From: Callorhinchus milii
Lineage: Eukaryota
Length of the DNA stretch: 64,000 nucleotides
Reading direction: 5' to 3'
Assembly: GCF_018977255.1 (NCBI RefSeq)
Contig: NW_024704742.1
Location: 40,054,001 to 40,118,000 of the forward strand
Shown: positions 26,498-40,819 of the stretch, piece after piece
Layout of the letters: the number at the start of each line of letters is the position of its first letter
How positions within the stretch are numbered: position 1 is the first letter of the stretch
Made by a program: the position numbers and the translations under genes
Notes under the pieces: model-generated
Seen by the model: the letters and a program-made list of their open reading frames with translations, nothing else
Database searches by the model: none
What the model was told of the DNA's origin: nothing

Positions 26498-28130
26498 GTT
26501 CTCACAAGGAGGCTTTGCTGGGTCCCTCGGTCTGGTTGGTTTCTTGGCTTCAACCCTTTCCAGGCACCAGACATTGGTGCACAAGACGCGATTCGGAGGA
26601 AACTTCTGCAGTCTGGGGGTTTGCAAATCAAAATTCACCGAGACGCCTGCGGCGAGGAGACCCCACGCCCCGCGGTTAGATAACCCACACTTGGATATCA
26701 ATTTACTTATTATCTGTCGCAACGCCGGACATTCACTCACTTCGTGGCTGTTTGCGGGGCATCGCTGTGCCCAAATTGCCGGCCTGCAAAATGCACGAAA
26801 GCAATTGACGGTAAAAAAAAAAATACCCGTCAAGCGTTTTGAGACGCCCTCCCGACCTGGAAGGCGTTGGGGCAAATGCAAGGATTAGTGTCAGTGCTAT
26901 TTGGGAGTGATTCCTTTGCTTTGCACGTTATTGGGCAACTTCGCTGCACAGCTCTCCTCGGAGTTTAGGAGAGTTGGCACTTGATCATTAAATAGTCGAC
27001 TTTTTTTTTATTTATGTTTCTGTCTAAAAAAAGCGAATGGATTTGTGCGATTCGCACGTTTGCGCCCCAAATACGATGACGCTATACTTGTGTGGGTACA
27101 TCCATACGAATAGAGGGAGAGAGAGAACTCTGGTGGGAACTTCCTCGTGATGTTTGAAAGCCAACTTTCGAAATGCACTTCATAAATAATGCCATGTCAT
27201 AAATATAACAACGGCTTCGATTCAATGTGGGTGTCTGCGAGGTAATTAATATTGTAAACATGTCCCCACTGTGACAAGAGTGTCAACCACAGAGGTTAGG
27301 AGAGAGAGAGAAAAAAAAACACCTAAAAAAAAACAGTCAAATCACAGTGCGTCCATTTGAAAACGTCGGGACAGCGAAGGCAGTAAGTGGGGGGTGAGGG
27401 GGGGGTGAGTGTTATTGCATGGGGACTGGGGGGTTAAAAGCAGAACAATGCACACATTAAAACTGTAAAGATAAACCGTCCTTAAGCACAGATTTGCTTC
27501 CTGGGGTTTGGCGGACGAGTTGGGTGGTCCGCGTTCATTTCAGCAGCTTTAGCAAACCCCAAATGGCCTTCCTCTCGCGGCCCCAACCAATAGAGACGGG
27601 GGAGGGTGTGGGGTGTGTGTGTGTGTGGGGGGGGGGGGGTCGGCCTGAGAAACCATATAAATTATAACCTGTTGGTTTGTTTGCACAGCAATCACAGCCG
27701 CTAATTTATAGGCAGCGCAAAGCATCGCACGGTGGAGGGTTGGACTTTGCTGTTGCCTTTGCTGTTGCTGAAGCCATCTCTCTCTCTCTCTCTCTCTCTC
27801 CACCCTCAGCTGTAAGCTGTCCGCGGGCATCGCTCTTAAATCACACCCGATTTAGCCGCACACTAGTAAAATTGCACCGAAAGAGACTTAAATCACTTTA
27901 AAATCTAAACACGGAATAGTTGGGATTTTTTTTGTTCTCGCTCTCCCTCTTTATACAGGAAAACAAAACTTCCTTATACAGTGTTTTGAGGAGAGTCGAG
28001 CCATTTTTCAGGCGTTTTTGTCGTAAGTAAAATAGCACAGGACGACAAATACCCGCCCCGGGCCCTGGCTCCTGTTATACAGGACATTCAGATTGAATTG
28101 TTCCGAATTCTTTATCGAATAAACAGCTTT

Positions 28131-29289
28131 ACACAAACACACACACACAAACACACACACAGAAACACACACACAGAGAAACACACACACAGAGAAACAC
28201 ACACACAGAAACACACACACAGAAACACACACACACAGAAACCAACACACACACAGAAACACACACACACACACAGAAACACACACACAGAGAAACACAC
28301 ACACAGAGAAACACACACACAGAAACACACACACACACACACAGAAACACACACACAGAAACACACACACAGAAACCAACACACACACAGAAACACACAC
28401 ACACACAGAAACACACAAACAGAAACACACACACAGAAACCAACACACACACACACACACACACAGAAACACACACACACACAGAAACACACACACACAC
28501 ACACAGAAACACACACACAGAAACACACACACACAGAAACACACACACACAGACACACACACACACAGAAACACCACACACAACACACACACACACACAG
28601 AAACACACACACAGAAACACACAAACAGACACACACACACACACACACAGAAACACACATAGACACACACAGAAACACACACAGAGAAACACAGAAACAC
28701 ACAAACACACACACACACACACAGAAACACACACACAGAAACACACACAGACACACACACAGAAACACACACACACAGACACACACACACAGAAACACAC
28801 ACAGAAACACACACACACACACACACACACAGACACACACACACAGAAACACACAAACAGACACACACACACAGAAACACACACACACACAGAAACACAT
28901 ACACACACACAGAAACACACACACAGAAACACACACACACAGAAACACACACACACAGAAACACACACACACAGAAACACACAGAAACACACACACACAG
29001 AAACACACACACAGACACACACACACAGACACACACACACACAGACACACACACACAGAAACACACACACAGACACACACACAGAAACACACACACACAG
29101 ACACACACACACAGAAACACACACACAGACACACACACACACAGACACACACAGAAACACACACACAGACACACACACACACAGAAACACACACACACAC
29201 ACACAGAAACACACACACAGAAACACACACACACAGAAACACACACACACAGACACACACATACACACAGACACACACATACACACAGA

Positions 29290-29321
<32 letters not shown>

Positions 29322-29606
29322 GAAACACACACACACAGAGAAACACACAAACAGACACACACACACACACACACAGAAACACACACACACAGACACAGAA
29401 ACACACACAGAGAAACACACACACAGAGAAACACACACACACACAGAAACACACACACAGAGAAACACACACACACACACAGAAACACACACAGAAACAC
29501 ACACATAGACACACACACACACAGAAACACACACACACACACACACACAGAAACACACACACACACACACACACAGAAACACACACAGAGAAACGCACAC
29601 ACAGAG

Positions 29607-29649
<43 letters not shown>

Positions 29650-29659
29650 CACACACACA
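28131..29659. repeat. 1.5-kb interrupted (CA)n satellite with GAAA/GAGAAA/GA spacers
   Basis: Continuous (AC)n-AGAA units. This is the source of the 500-670 aa low-complexity ORFs. Confidence 0.98.
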
Positions 29660-29849
29660 ATGAAAGACTGGGGAGGTGTTTTGGTAACCGAGCTCTCATC
29701 ACTTGGCACATTTGCAAACAATGCAAATCGATTTGGCGTAAAAAGAAAAGTGCGAGGGATGAAACTAAAGACGGAAACACACAGCTTCTTAAGTGCTGCG
29801 TATTCTGGGCTCTGACACGCAAGAGCAAAAAGCCGTGACAGCGTCCTCC

Positions 29850-29893
29850 TGAGTGAGTGAGTGAGTGAGTGAGTGAGTGAGTGAGTGAGTGAG
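29850..29893. repeat. (GAGT)n microsatellite
   Basis: About 11 perfect units. Confidence 0.95.
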
Positions 29894-30647
29894 CGGATTG
29901 TGTGTCTGAGTCGCTCTCAACAACCCCCCAAACTCTGTGCAAAGTGACCACAAAGTAAAAGGGGGACAGTTGACTTAGGATGAAGCTGTGGGGCAACACT
30001 CCCCGATAGCTCACGCTGATCACTTACAACCAGATACACCTTCCAACTTTATTCACATCCAAATGATTCGGGTGTGCATTTACCTCCGCACTACACAAGC
30101 GACCCGTCGTGGGTAGTGAAGATGACAGTACGTGTTGGGAGAGAGATATTGGCTTCAGTCATTTGGATCGGGAAAATCAAAGTGTCCCAATTGCAAAACT
30201 GGCGGGACACTTAAAACAGTATTTTACAATATTGTGAATGTCGGATACCTTTAAAGGGGGAGCATTCAACCGCCCTGAAGGGATCAGCAAAGGTTATTTT
30301 AGCAGTAGTTGGGACACCGAAGACTAAATGGGGTTTGTTTGAATTACAGCCCAGCTGTAGCAAACTGCAGCTTTGGTCCATCATCCCAGCCTTAACTCTG
30401 AATCTGACAAGCATCCTCTGTACCCTTCACACGACTCCGATCTAAAACTACTTCACCAACCTCCCCCCCCCACACACACACACATATAAGGTTATTTGAC
30501 TTCGAAGTTCAAACTTCAGCCCAAGGAAAACGAGCGCATCTAAACGTTGCTAACGCAATTATAACGCTGAAGGTCAGAGCTGCATCATTGATTGTTTATT
30601 GAAAGAATCACAGTTTAAGCCTTTGCACTGTAAAGAACAGAGAGACT

Positions 30648-31015
30648 AATAATAATGATAATCCTTGCATTTGATATAGCACTTTTCACGACTTCTAGAC
30701 GTCTCAAAGTGCTTCACAGAATATACTGTAAAGTGAATTGACTGTATGTTTGTGGGTGACATATTGTGCACAGCAATGTCCCACAAACAGTCTGGATTGA
30801 GTGACCACATTATTATTGTTTTTTTCTTGAGGGATTATTATCAGGCGTGTGGAGTAAGGAAACTTGCCCAAGGTTTTACCCTACTTGGAATTGAATTATT
30901 ATTGTTTTTTTGAGGGATTATTATCCCCGGAAAAGCAATCCATCTATCGACTAACAACCGGGTTCCTACTTACTGCCAGGTAAACAGAAGTGTGTGGAGT
31001 AAGGAAAGTTGCCCA
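30648..31015 (-). mobile_element. SINE copy (5'-truncated) plus rearranged fragment of the same family
   Basis: Tail CCTTGCATTTGATATAGC, core CACAGCAATGTCCCACAAACAG, and GTGTGGAGTAAGGAAA(C/G)TTGCCCAA occurring twice. Confidence 0.8.
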
Positions 31016-33779
31016 ACATTAAATAACTACTTTTTTAAAAAAAATTAAAAGAAGGTCAGAATATGCCTCAGTTGTGAAGACATGACTCATATGCTGACAG
31101 ATCCATGGTGTCAGTAATTTGCACCCTACAGATCTCCAAACTTTTGAAGTCCCGAGTTGCGTTGTTTCCATGCGCCATCTAGAGTCTTAGCTGATGAGTG
31201 GCATGTTCTGGGGGTAAAGGTTCAATTACATAAAATAAGCAATTCAATACAAAAACCTTAAAACACTTCTATTTTGTTCCTTTGGATTTTTCAAACAATT
31301 ACAAGGTTTGTGCTTTCTAAAAATGTTCATCTACTCCTTTAGTTCTTATCTGAAGGTGAAATCAAGCATCAATCGCAAAGCTACATGTTGTAAAGTAGCA
31401 GGTGAAGGAAATGTTTAAGATACCAGGAAGTATTTTCTCACACTGAAGATAAGCTGCAGCTGGAATGATGGGTGTGGCTGGGGCTCTGGAATCATTTCAA
31501 AAAATATTGATACTATCATGGGAAGATAGTGTATTGGAATGATGAGATAAAAAATAATCTTTTTTACTTGAACCTGTCATAGTTGTGTGATACTTAACCA
31601 AGTGACTGTTGATCACCCTTGCTTGCCTCCTTCACCTGCTTCACAAATATTTGTTGGAAATGGCCCAGGAGCTGGGATTTGGGGTTGATGTCCCCATCTA
31701 GTGATCTCATCCATGGGGAATACTTCCCACTGGCCCTCCCTTATGAGTCACAGAAACTGAAAGTCATGATGTCAAGTGAGAGGATAGTCTATCCTCCCAA
31801 ATCCTTCCTGGTTTCATTCCATGAACTGTGGTAAATAATGGGGTGTTGTAAAACCAACTCGATCTCACATTATAACGCTGGGATCCAATTTGTGATAGTT
31901 ACAAATTGATTTTTAAACAGCGGATCTGGAACTTCACTTAGATTAGATATCTTGCCAGGCATCAAGAGTTTCCTTTGGCCACAATCCAGAAGCCCAAACT
32001 AGATTCAGCATTCAAGCACAACCCCAGAGGGGCACAATCTTGTATCTACAGGATTCACCGTTTAAAGCCCTTTTGCTTTGTGGGTGAACATGACAACCAA
32101 TTTGTGCACAGCAATGTTCCACTATAACAGCCATGAAGTGATTGACCATTTTTATATGGGGTATTGTTGGGAGACTGGGAGAAACTCCAAGCTCTGTGAG
32201 CAGGAATGATGTAATGAGGAAAAAACAATATTCAAGATGATCTGGAACAAGGCGTGGCAGATGGATTTTAATGTAGATAAACATGGCAGGGTACATTAGA
32301 ACAAGAAATGCCTGTACATAACAAAGGGGCCACAATCGGTAGAGGTGGAGAAGAAAGGTTTTCGATGTGATTATTGATTATTTCCTAAGATATTTGTGTC
32401 AGTATGAAGCTGCTGGCGACAAAGCTAATCAAATACTAGATTGCATTTGGAGGGTATTTCAGTCTAAATCAAATTGTTGGTAGCTGAGTAGGTTGATGCA
32501 CTATATGGTCCACTACTGCTCTATTTGAAGATTTGATTCCTGGTCTATGCTGAATTGATTGATCTCAGCCAGGATGATGGTTGGATGCTACAGTTGTGTT
32601 TCCATAAATACAATCACAAAATATATAGTTGAATAATTAAAAGAAAAAAGATAATTTACAGTATTTAACAGGTTATTATATTTGTGTTTTTTAAGGCTTA
32701 TTTCATTGTCACCACTTTCACAGATTTTTTTCCATGTACACTGAAAATGATCATGCTTGGTGGAAGCTAACCAGTAAAAATGACAGATTATAAACCTTTA
32801 AAATCAAATTAAAAAAAGCACTGCTGTTTGCCTCCACTGATTTTGCCTTCACCTGTTTGCCTACACCTAACAATAATTCTGAAAAGTCCTTTGAGATGTT
32901 TCAATGCGATGAGGTGCTGTAAAAAGCAAATTCTTTCTTAAGAGATGTCGCTGAGAATTGAATACACCACAGTTCTCTCTAGTTTTAACAGAAACGTCGC
33001 CATCCTGTGGGCAATATATTTTGAACCATTTTTTCAAAATCACTGTCATTCAAATGCACCACAAAAAAATCATTGGCTCGAGATATCTACATTTGACAGT
33101 TCTGATTAATACATTTGTTTATTTATTCAGTTAACTATAAATGCAGTAAAGAAGGATATTATACTAAGCTTGAGAACCAAATATCTTGCACTGATTGCTT
33201 TTCTCTTCCCAATAATTTTTATCCAATTTTCCATACTTTCCTTCTCACTTGAATGTGGTTTGACTCCTCTTTCTTTCTACTGAGGCTTGACTCCATCATT
33301 CCCCCGATAAGATAGTTACTTTGCCATTATGGCTTGACAATGAGCACGGTGAGATTTATTTTATTGAAGTGGATTCTGAGACCAATATGTGCCAGCTGTT
33401 TATTGTAACTAGAGATCAAAGGCATCATCGACGATTGTTTATTTAACTGGATTATTCAGTTCTGTTGTTGATTTTCATAAAACTTATTCCACCCCAACTG
33501 ACAATGAGCTGGCATTTATCATGAAAAGGTTTACTCTCTGTCAATATCTGGATCCCACCAAAGTGTCTTCCTTCAAATAACCCAGAAATGACAGTAGTTA
33601 CAAACAAGCTTTGTGTAAACAAATACTAGTCATATGATAAAGCCATTTTCCCATCTTAATATGTTATTAACAACTAAACTCATGTTCATTTTGAAGCATT
33701 ATTCCACATGTAGATGGTATATTATGTACCAAGTTGTTTCCTGTCAATTCTTTTGCCAATTTGACTTGCTATTCAGCCT

Positions 33780-34030
33780 TCTTCCTCTCTCAAAAGATGC
33801 TGATGCTCGGGGTACGTCTCCACAGGCAACAACAGGCCTCTAGGATGTCAAGTGCCTATTCCATTACATCAAACTGTTTCTTAAATGAGTTCATTGTCCA
33901 GGTGTCAAACACCCTCCCTGGTAATCCATTCCAGCTGTTGAGCTGCCTCTGTGTAAATAAATACTTCCTGGTGTATATCCTAAACTGGCATTGTTGAACC
34001 TCTATCCTCTCGTGCCACTGTTGGTGAACT
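33780..34030 (-). mobile_element. CR1-clade LINE 3' fragment
   Basis: RKYLFTQRQLNSWNGLPGRV...MNSFKKQFD is the typical CR1 ORF2 C-terminus. Confidence 0.75.
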
Positions 34031-35188
34031 ACATAGACAAAGGTTAGCTCCTGTGGATAATCATTGCCAGCAGAAGAGTATATACAATGTACCTTCATTA
34101 CCATTTCAGTTAAATAGTGTTTATTCATTCAAAACAATTCAGTCATCAAGTGTACGTGAGTATGTCTGTACAAAACCATTGGTGTGCCAACAACTCATGG
34201 ATTTCTGCCCATTATTATGTAGTCTTTCATAAATTTATTCTTTTAAATTGTTGACTTTAGACTAATTATAAGCTTATATCCAAACAGACTTTAGACTCAT
34301 TATAATATTATATCTAAACAGACAAACAGGGTATCCAAATAGACTGAAGGTTCCACCTATGTATGCTAAGTACACTTGGAAATTTCCCTGTGGCTGGAAT
34401 GGAATGAGCACCCCGCTTATCTAATTCAGGAAGGGATCAATTGCAGGTTGGCAAGAGCGAAGGTTGGAGTTCAACCTGCTAAAATTGCGTAGCTTGTCAT
34501 TGGGAGCACTGTTTGGCAAGATTCCCACTGCTTGTCCAGCTAGGACTATAATACTATTTCAGGCTTTGACTTGCAGGATTAAGAAGTGGGAAGAATCCAC
34601 TGACTTCGCTACTGCTCCAAATCCTGCTGACGAACCAAGTAGTCAGGTCCGTGAATACTGTGGACCTGACTGGATTAGGAACCGGATTACCATGATGGGC
34701 AGAGAGCGTTGACTCAATTTCTATGTTCCATTGTATGGCATGTCACTTTGCAGCCAATTCAGCCCCCAAAAGACCCCAATTACCTTCCCCCAAAGTGTAT
34801 AGGCATTAGTTGGTCATTTGACAAATGCAGGTTTGAGCCATCACGAGGTCCCAAGGATTTCTTATGAGCCTTTTGGTGACCAGCAGAACTCAGCATGAAA
34901 TACATGAGAGAATTGCCACCATCTACCTGTTGAATGGGTCAGTGTTCAAGGGGCTGAGTGCAGTGCTTGTACCTGCATCCCCAGGTGGATTTGTCAACAC
35001 CATCTGCAAACAGAAGCTTAAACAATGCACAATGTGGGATATGTGTCTTCTACTGTCAGAAGGAGAGAGCTATGTATGTTTTAAAATCAGAGGAGATCCC
35101 TCCAGTATGAATGTAAATAAGTCCTGGTACAAAGCAACAGCAATTAAGTGTTCATGATTGTCAATCTAAATCTGAATATAATACACTG

Positions 35189-35637
35189 AGGGTTAGTGGT
35201 TAGAGCACTCGCCTCGCAACCGAGAGGACCTGGGTTCGATTCCCGGGCAGGGCGAAACATTGGGCAAGTTTCCTCATTCCACACGCCTCTGTTTACCCAG
35301 CAGTAAATAGCAACTGGATTATTAGTCGATTGCTTGATCATTTTTCTGGGGTTAATGATCTGTTCAAAATTAAATAAATAAATAAATTTGTCACTCAATT
35401 CACGACTGTTTGTGGGACATTGCTGTGCGCAATTGACTGCTGCATTTCGCCCACAAATATACAGTCAATTCACTTTACAGTGTGTTCTGTGAAGCGCTTT
35501 GGGACGTCCTCCTGACGTGAAAAGCGCTATATCAAATGCAAGGATTATTATTATTATTATTATATTCTGTCAAGCGCTTTGAGACGTTTTGAAGACGTGA
35601 TGAGGCACTATATCAAATGCAAAGATTATTATTATTA
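35189..35637 (+). mobile_element. tRNA-derived SINE (longer variant) with a second tail appended
   Basis: Perfect B box GGTTCGATTCC near 35233, Deu-like core, tail to about 35560, then a second AAGCGCTTTGAGACG...ATATCAAATGCAA(TTA)n tail. Confidence 0.9.
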
Positions 35638-37559
35638 CAATAATAATTATTGTATCAGATGTGTTAAAGAATCAAATAAATAGCTTTGCAGTACAACAAA
35701 TCAAAAGGTTGAGATAGCAATAAAACAATGCTTATTCATTTTCAGTGATATAATAAATCTTCACTATCTGTCAAAAGAAACATTCTAACATACAATATCA
35801 ATAATGAATAACTAGTGCTATTGGATTCTTGTTTATTATTTTGAAGATTTCTTTCACAATATGAAAATTAAATAATACTAAATATTCTTGTATTTGATAT
35901 AGCAATATAGCACCTTACCACGTAGTGAATTACTTAAAGTTGCTCTATTCTAGAATTAGTGAACATGTTTACTTTAAGATACCTTAGTTTCATTAGTCCA
36001 GTTTACACTGTTCAATTTTTTAAGAAATCACTCCAAATTATGTGAAAACCATTGTATTATTTTATGATATGCAGCAAAGGTCATTTGCATTACCCTTATA
36101 TACACCCAGTTTTTCCTGATCAACTATCCCCAAATAAAAATTGGTCATTCACTTCACAGTTATCTGTGGGACACTGCTGTGCCAAAATTGGCTGCCACAT
36201 TCACCTACAAAATGTCATTGTGAAAATATGTACAAATTATGATGAGATATCTATGAACGGGCGATGTGAAATGTATTATATAAATGCAATTTATTATATC
36301 TTGTAATAATTATGTAATTACCTATCTTGCTCAGTTAGTATACTAAACTGTAGTATTTATTTAAACCTATTGTATTGTTTCATGCTTCTGAATTTTTTTT
36401 ACCCAATAACCTTATTTAGTGAATACCTTTTCTGTCTACAGGATACTTTATTACCATGGTTGGGTCCAAGTTACCTTCTATGTCACATGCTGTACAGCTA
36501 TTATTTCTGGAATCTACAAGTTAATTGCAACAATGGTTCAAAGTTATTTATATTTTTGGAATTCTGCCATTATAATTTAAATATATAATAGATTGTGGGA
36601 ACCAAAAAACAAAAGAAAAAAAACATTCTAACATTTCACAATGAATTCCTCATAAGTGAATCTTTGTGATAACTCAGTGGCTAATTTAGGACAAAGTGTT
36701 AGTGTATTTCCTTATCAGAAATTGACTTTGAAAAAGAGTTTGGACAATAGACAGATACATAGTTTTGTGCTACCGAGAATTCTGTTCTCTTGAGCTCATA
36801 CAGGCTAGCATTTTCGAAAAGATTGTCTGGCATCCAGCTATCCATCACTGAGCTATTATTAGTCTCTACAAGTCACGAGACTGTGTTGTAATAACAAAGC
36901 AATCAAAGTTTTATAATATGTATAAATTACATCAAAGTGTTAATTTTATGCCAATATTGTATACAACCAATTTCTATTTGTAACAGATGTATAACCATAT
37001 CTGGGCAATTCTGTGAACCTTGTCAAATGTAACTCATATTCAATGTTTAACTGGATGGGAAATTTCTCCTTACATTACTATTACTACATCAACCAACACA
37101 TTTGTTGTTTACAGTTAAGATGTTCTCTTTATTACAGTCAATATCTGCTTCTTCCAGATTGTTGTTATATTAATCTAAAAACAATGGAGTGATCTATTAT
37201 TGGCCTATGCGACCAGTACAAAATGTACAAAATGGTACAATTTAAAAATCAAATTCATTTCCTGAACGAAGATGATCAATTCCAAACTGTAAAACTTGCA
37301 GATCTGAACTTGGTAACCCGATCCGAACTGCAGTGTACAAGCACTTTATGAAGACAACACAATTTTCCTCACTCTGTTGTGCTCCAATTTTATTCCTGGG
37401 AAAATTCCCTTCTTTGCCTCCATGTGATTTTTTTTCTTTCCATTTTAAAAACATACTTAATACTTTTTATTATAATATGAAATATTTATTTACCTACATT
37501 TTCAGTTGTCATTGATGGTGAAAGTTTGACTGTAGAAAATAGGTGCTTGCATGTAAAAT

Positions 37560-38710
37560 AACAATGACTTTTTGTAAATAGTTGGGTCCAGGGGTAAAAG
37601 CCACATCCTCAATATTACAACAGCCTGTGGTTTATGAAAAGTCACTAATGCACAACTAACTTCACAGAGTTTTTTTTAACAGGATCATTTAGAAAGTATT
37701 TAAAGGAGGAACAATGGATGCATTCTACTGGATTTGATAATTTTCCACAAAAGAAATTACCAATTACAATTAAGGCACACAATGGAGTGGGATGCAACAT
37801 TGTGGTAAGGGTAGAATATTTGCTGATAGGTAAGAGATAAAGTTAGTAGTTAGGATAAAATAGATTGTTTGATTTCTAGCTACTGACAAATGGTGTTCTC
37901 CCAAAGATTGATCCTGGGGCCATGCATATTTACTCCACATATATATGGCTTGGAAGTAATGAAGGAATAAAGAGGAATTCATCTACGTCTGTAGATGTCA
38001 CTGTGGTCTAAAATTTGGTGCTGGTATCAGGAGCCACAAATAGTTGAAGAAGAAAGGCCTTGTCGGCCTATGTGACACAGTTCTCATTACCAGCAGGAAT
38101 CACTGTTATAATCCCTATTATTAATATCATATTTAGTAATTGCTACAGTGAATTTAAAGAAGGTAAGAGAAACTAATAAAATAACATAAACGGGTTAAAT
38201 GCCTGGGCAGAATGAAGGCAGGTGCAATTCAATATTGCAAAGTTTGCATGGAAGCATGACAGCAGATGGGACTTTATGAAAAGTCAGCAATGCACAACTA
38301 TTGTCACAGAGTTTTTTAACAGGATCATTTAGAAAGGAGAAACAATGGATGCATTCTACTGGATTTGATAAATAGGAATGCATTGGGATGAGTAGATGAT
38401 CAAAGGGATTTAAGGGTATAGGTAAGTAAGTCAATAACAGTGAGTTTGCAGATTCAGAAAGTAATCATAATGCCTAATATGATCCTTTCTATCAAAACAT
38501 ATAGATATATAGATTGCATATAGATCACTAGAGGAGTACAGAAGAAGACCATTCAACTCTTTGATCTCATCCTTCCAGACTACCTACCTTATCGGTTTCC
38601 CATTACTCTTACTGGTAACCAGTACTAATTGTCCATTACCTTTTGTGTAAATAAGTACATCCTGGTGTCTCTCCTATAATTTGTCCAAACGCAAATTAAA
38701 TCTAATTTGT
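37560..38710. mobile_element. Cluster of highly decayed CR1-like fragments with an internal direct repeat of about 100 bp
   Basis: GGATGCATTCTACTGGATTTGATAA (VD.VYLDF-like) at about 37716 and about 38347. GVPQG-like relic near 37890. RMYLFTQKVMDN on the minus strand at 38630-38700. Confidence 0.55.
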
Positions 38711-38713
38711 GCC

Positions 38714-39038
38714 AATAATAATAATAATAATCCTTGCATTTGATATAGCGCTTTTCACGTCGGGAGGACGTCCCAAAGCGCTTCACAGAACACACTGTAA
38801 AGTGAATTAACTGTATATTTGTGGGCGAACGCGGCAGCCAATTGCGCACAGCAATGTCCCACAAACAGTCGTAGATTGAAAATGACCAATTTTTTTTTAT
38901 TATTATTTTTGGTTTTGGAGGGATTATTATTAGGCGTGTGGAGTAAGGAAACTTGCCCAAGGTTTCGCCCTGCCGGGAATTAAACTCAGATCTCTTGCTT
39001 GCAAAGCGAGTGCTCTAACCACTGAGCTACAGGACTCC
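38714..39038 (-). mobile_element. Full-length tRNA-Ala-derived SINE
   Basis: Minus strand begins GGAGTCCTGTAGCTCAGTGGTTAGAGCACTCGCTTTGCAAGC and ends ATATCAAATGCAAGGA(TTA)n. Confidence 0.93.
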
Positions 39039-40819
39039 ACTGTAGGCCAAGTCATAGAACATTACATTAAATAAAATGTTCACAGTCTTCATTGCTGTGC
39101 ATTTTGCTTCTCATTGTTTCTAAAAGACAGACACTGTTCATGTTATTTAATCTAACTAGATTCCAAATGTAACAGTCATATCCTGATTGGGGGAGAATAC
39201 AGATCATCCAATGATGGTAATAGACGATAGAGCTGTTTTTAGAGATATTTCTCAGTTACATTACTGAAAATTTCATGCAGTTATTAACAGCTCAGTTTTG
39301 AAATGTGCATTTTGTGTAAAAAATGCAATTAAAATGAATTATTTTCAATAATTTATTTATACAATAAATCAACATTTATGATTTGATGTTTTGCATATTG
39401 AAAAATGTTCATTCACCTAGTTAAGAGAACAACCTCTTGATCAAACACACATGAAACTTAACTCGAGGTAGTCATTTAGTTTTACTTATATCAGAATCCA
39501 GCAGATTCACTGCTTCAATTTATTTCGATCCATATATTGCAGACAGTAAGCTATTTATTTCTAGAGTAAAGTGTAGGAACTTACTTCACATTATGACACA
39601 AGGGAAATATATGAAACTATAGATGCATAATAATCACTCTTTTACCTCATTATTTCCAGATTTGTTCAAACGGTTTCATATCTATTACTAATTGTTTGTC
39701 CTGAATTGGTAATTGATCTACCGACATTTACTCACAAAATACACGATTTCTACTATCAATTGCTCATCTGCTAATCCAACCTATTGATTTCATAATGTCT
39801 CACTTCCCTAATGAATAGTTCCTTCATATTCAGTTCATAATAACATATTTAGTTAGTTTTTTTCCCTTTAACTTCAATTTCCCCATTATTTTTCCACTTG
39901 CAGTAAAATATTCTATAACTGCTGCCTTTTACATTGCTCTGGTAAAGAGAGCAGAAAACGTTCAAAAACAACATCTCAAGATTTCATTTCATAGTTCTGA
40001 TACTTACAAACAGTAGTAAATTTGCTAGGATGATAATACAGAAATATATCCTTCTATACCTAGCTATTTAAATAAAAAATAAAAACAATTATCCAGGTAA
40101 GAATGTTAGCATTCTATTGCAGAACTAGAAGTAACTTTGTTATATCACTATTTGCTCTTCCATCATATAACTTTACAATCTCACAGCTATGTTCTTAATC
40201 CAGAGCCACCAATTGACTGCTCCTGATAGATAATCAACACAAGATTAATTCTTACCTGTATCAATATATAGCTACCTATTTTACAAAGTAAAATATTTTA
40301 CAATTACATAAATTTGTGTATGACAAGTAACCTTATATCCTGTATGATTGCAAGAAATAAAGTACCAATCACAAAACGATTTAACTTTCATTCATTATTC
40401 CTGATTTGTTCTCATTCAGAAGACCTTTATACTTTATAAATCCCTGACTTTCCTGATACTATTTGTTCTATAATCTCCAGTCCATTTCTGATTTCTAATT
40501 TCTCATATCTCACTGTCATCATGTTATTATAAGCAAGATTTAATTTCGTAATTCTGATACTTTCAAACAGTAGTAAATTTGCTTGGGTGATAATACAGAA
40601 ATAAACATGTTGAAGATAATTGTACTTGTGCTTTAATATGCTTCTTAGAAGACTGCAATATGCCAATCATTCTGTCCATTCCTGAGATCCTTTACCATTC
40701 AAGCAATAGATATGGCACCCTGTGCTCTAAAGATCCAAATATGCATTAACCTAATGGTTCAGTTTAGTGCTGGGGAGCACTGCATTACTGGAGGTGCCTT
40801 TCTTTGGAAAACAAGTGTT

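Noticed and set aside
28131..29659. CRISPR-like repeat-spacer array
   Set aside because: There are no unique spacers and no cas genes; it is a simple vertebrate repeat.
28008..30023. 500-670 aa ORFs on both strands
   Set aside because: They are stop-free translations of the CA satellite (CV/TH repeats) with no protein-like complexity.
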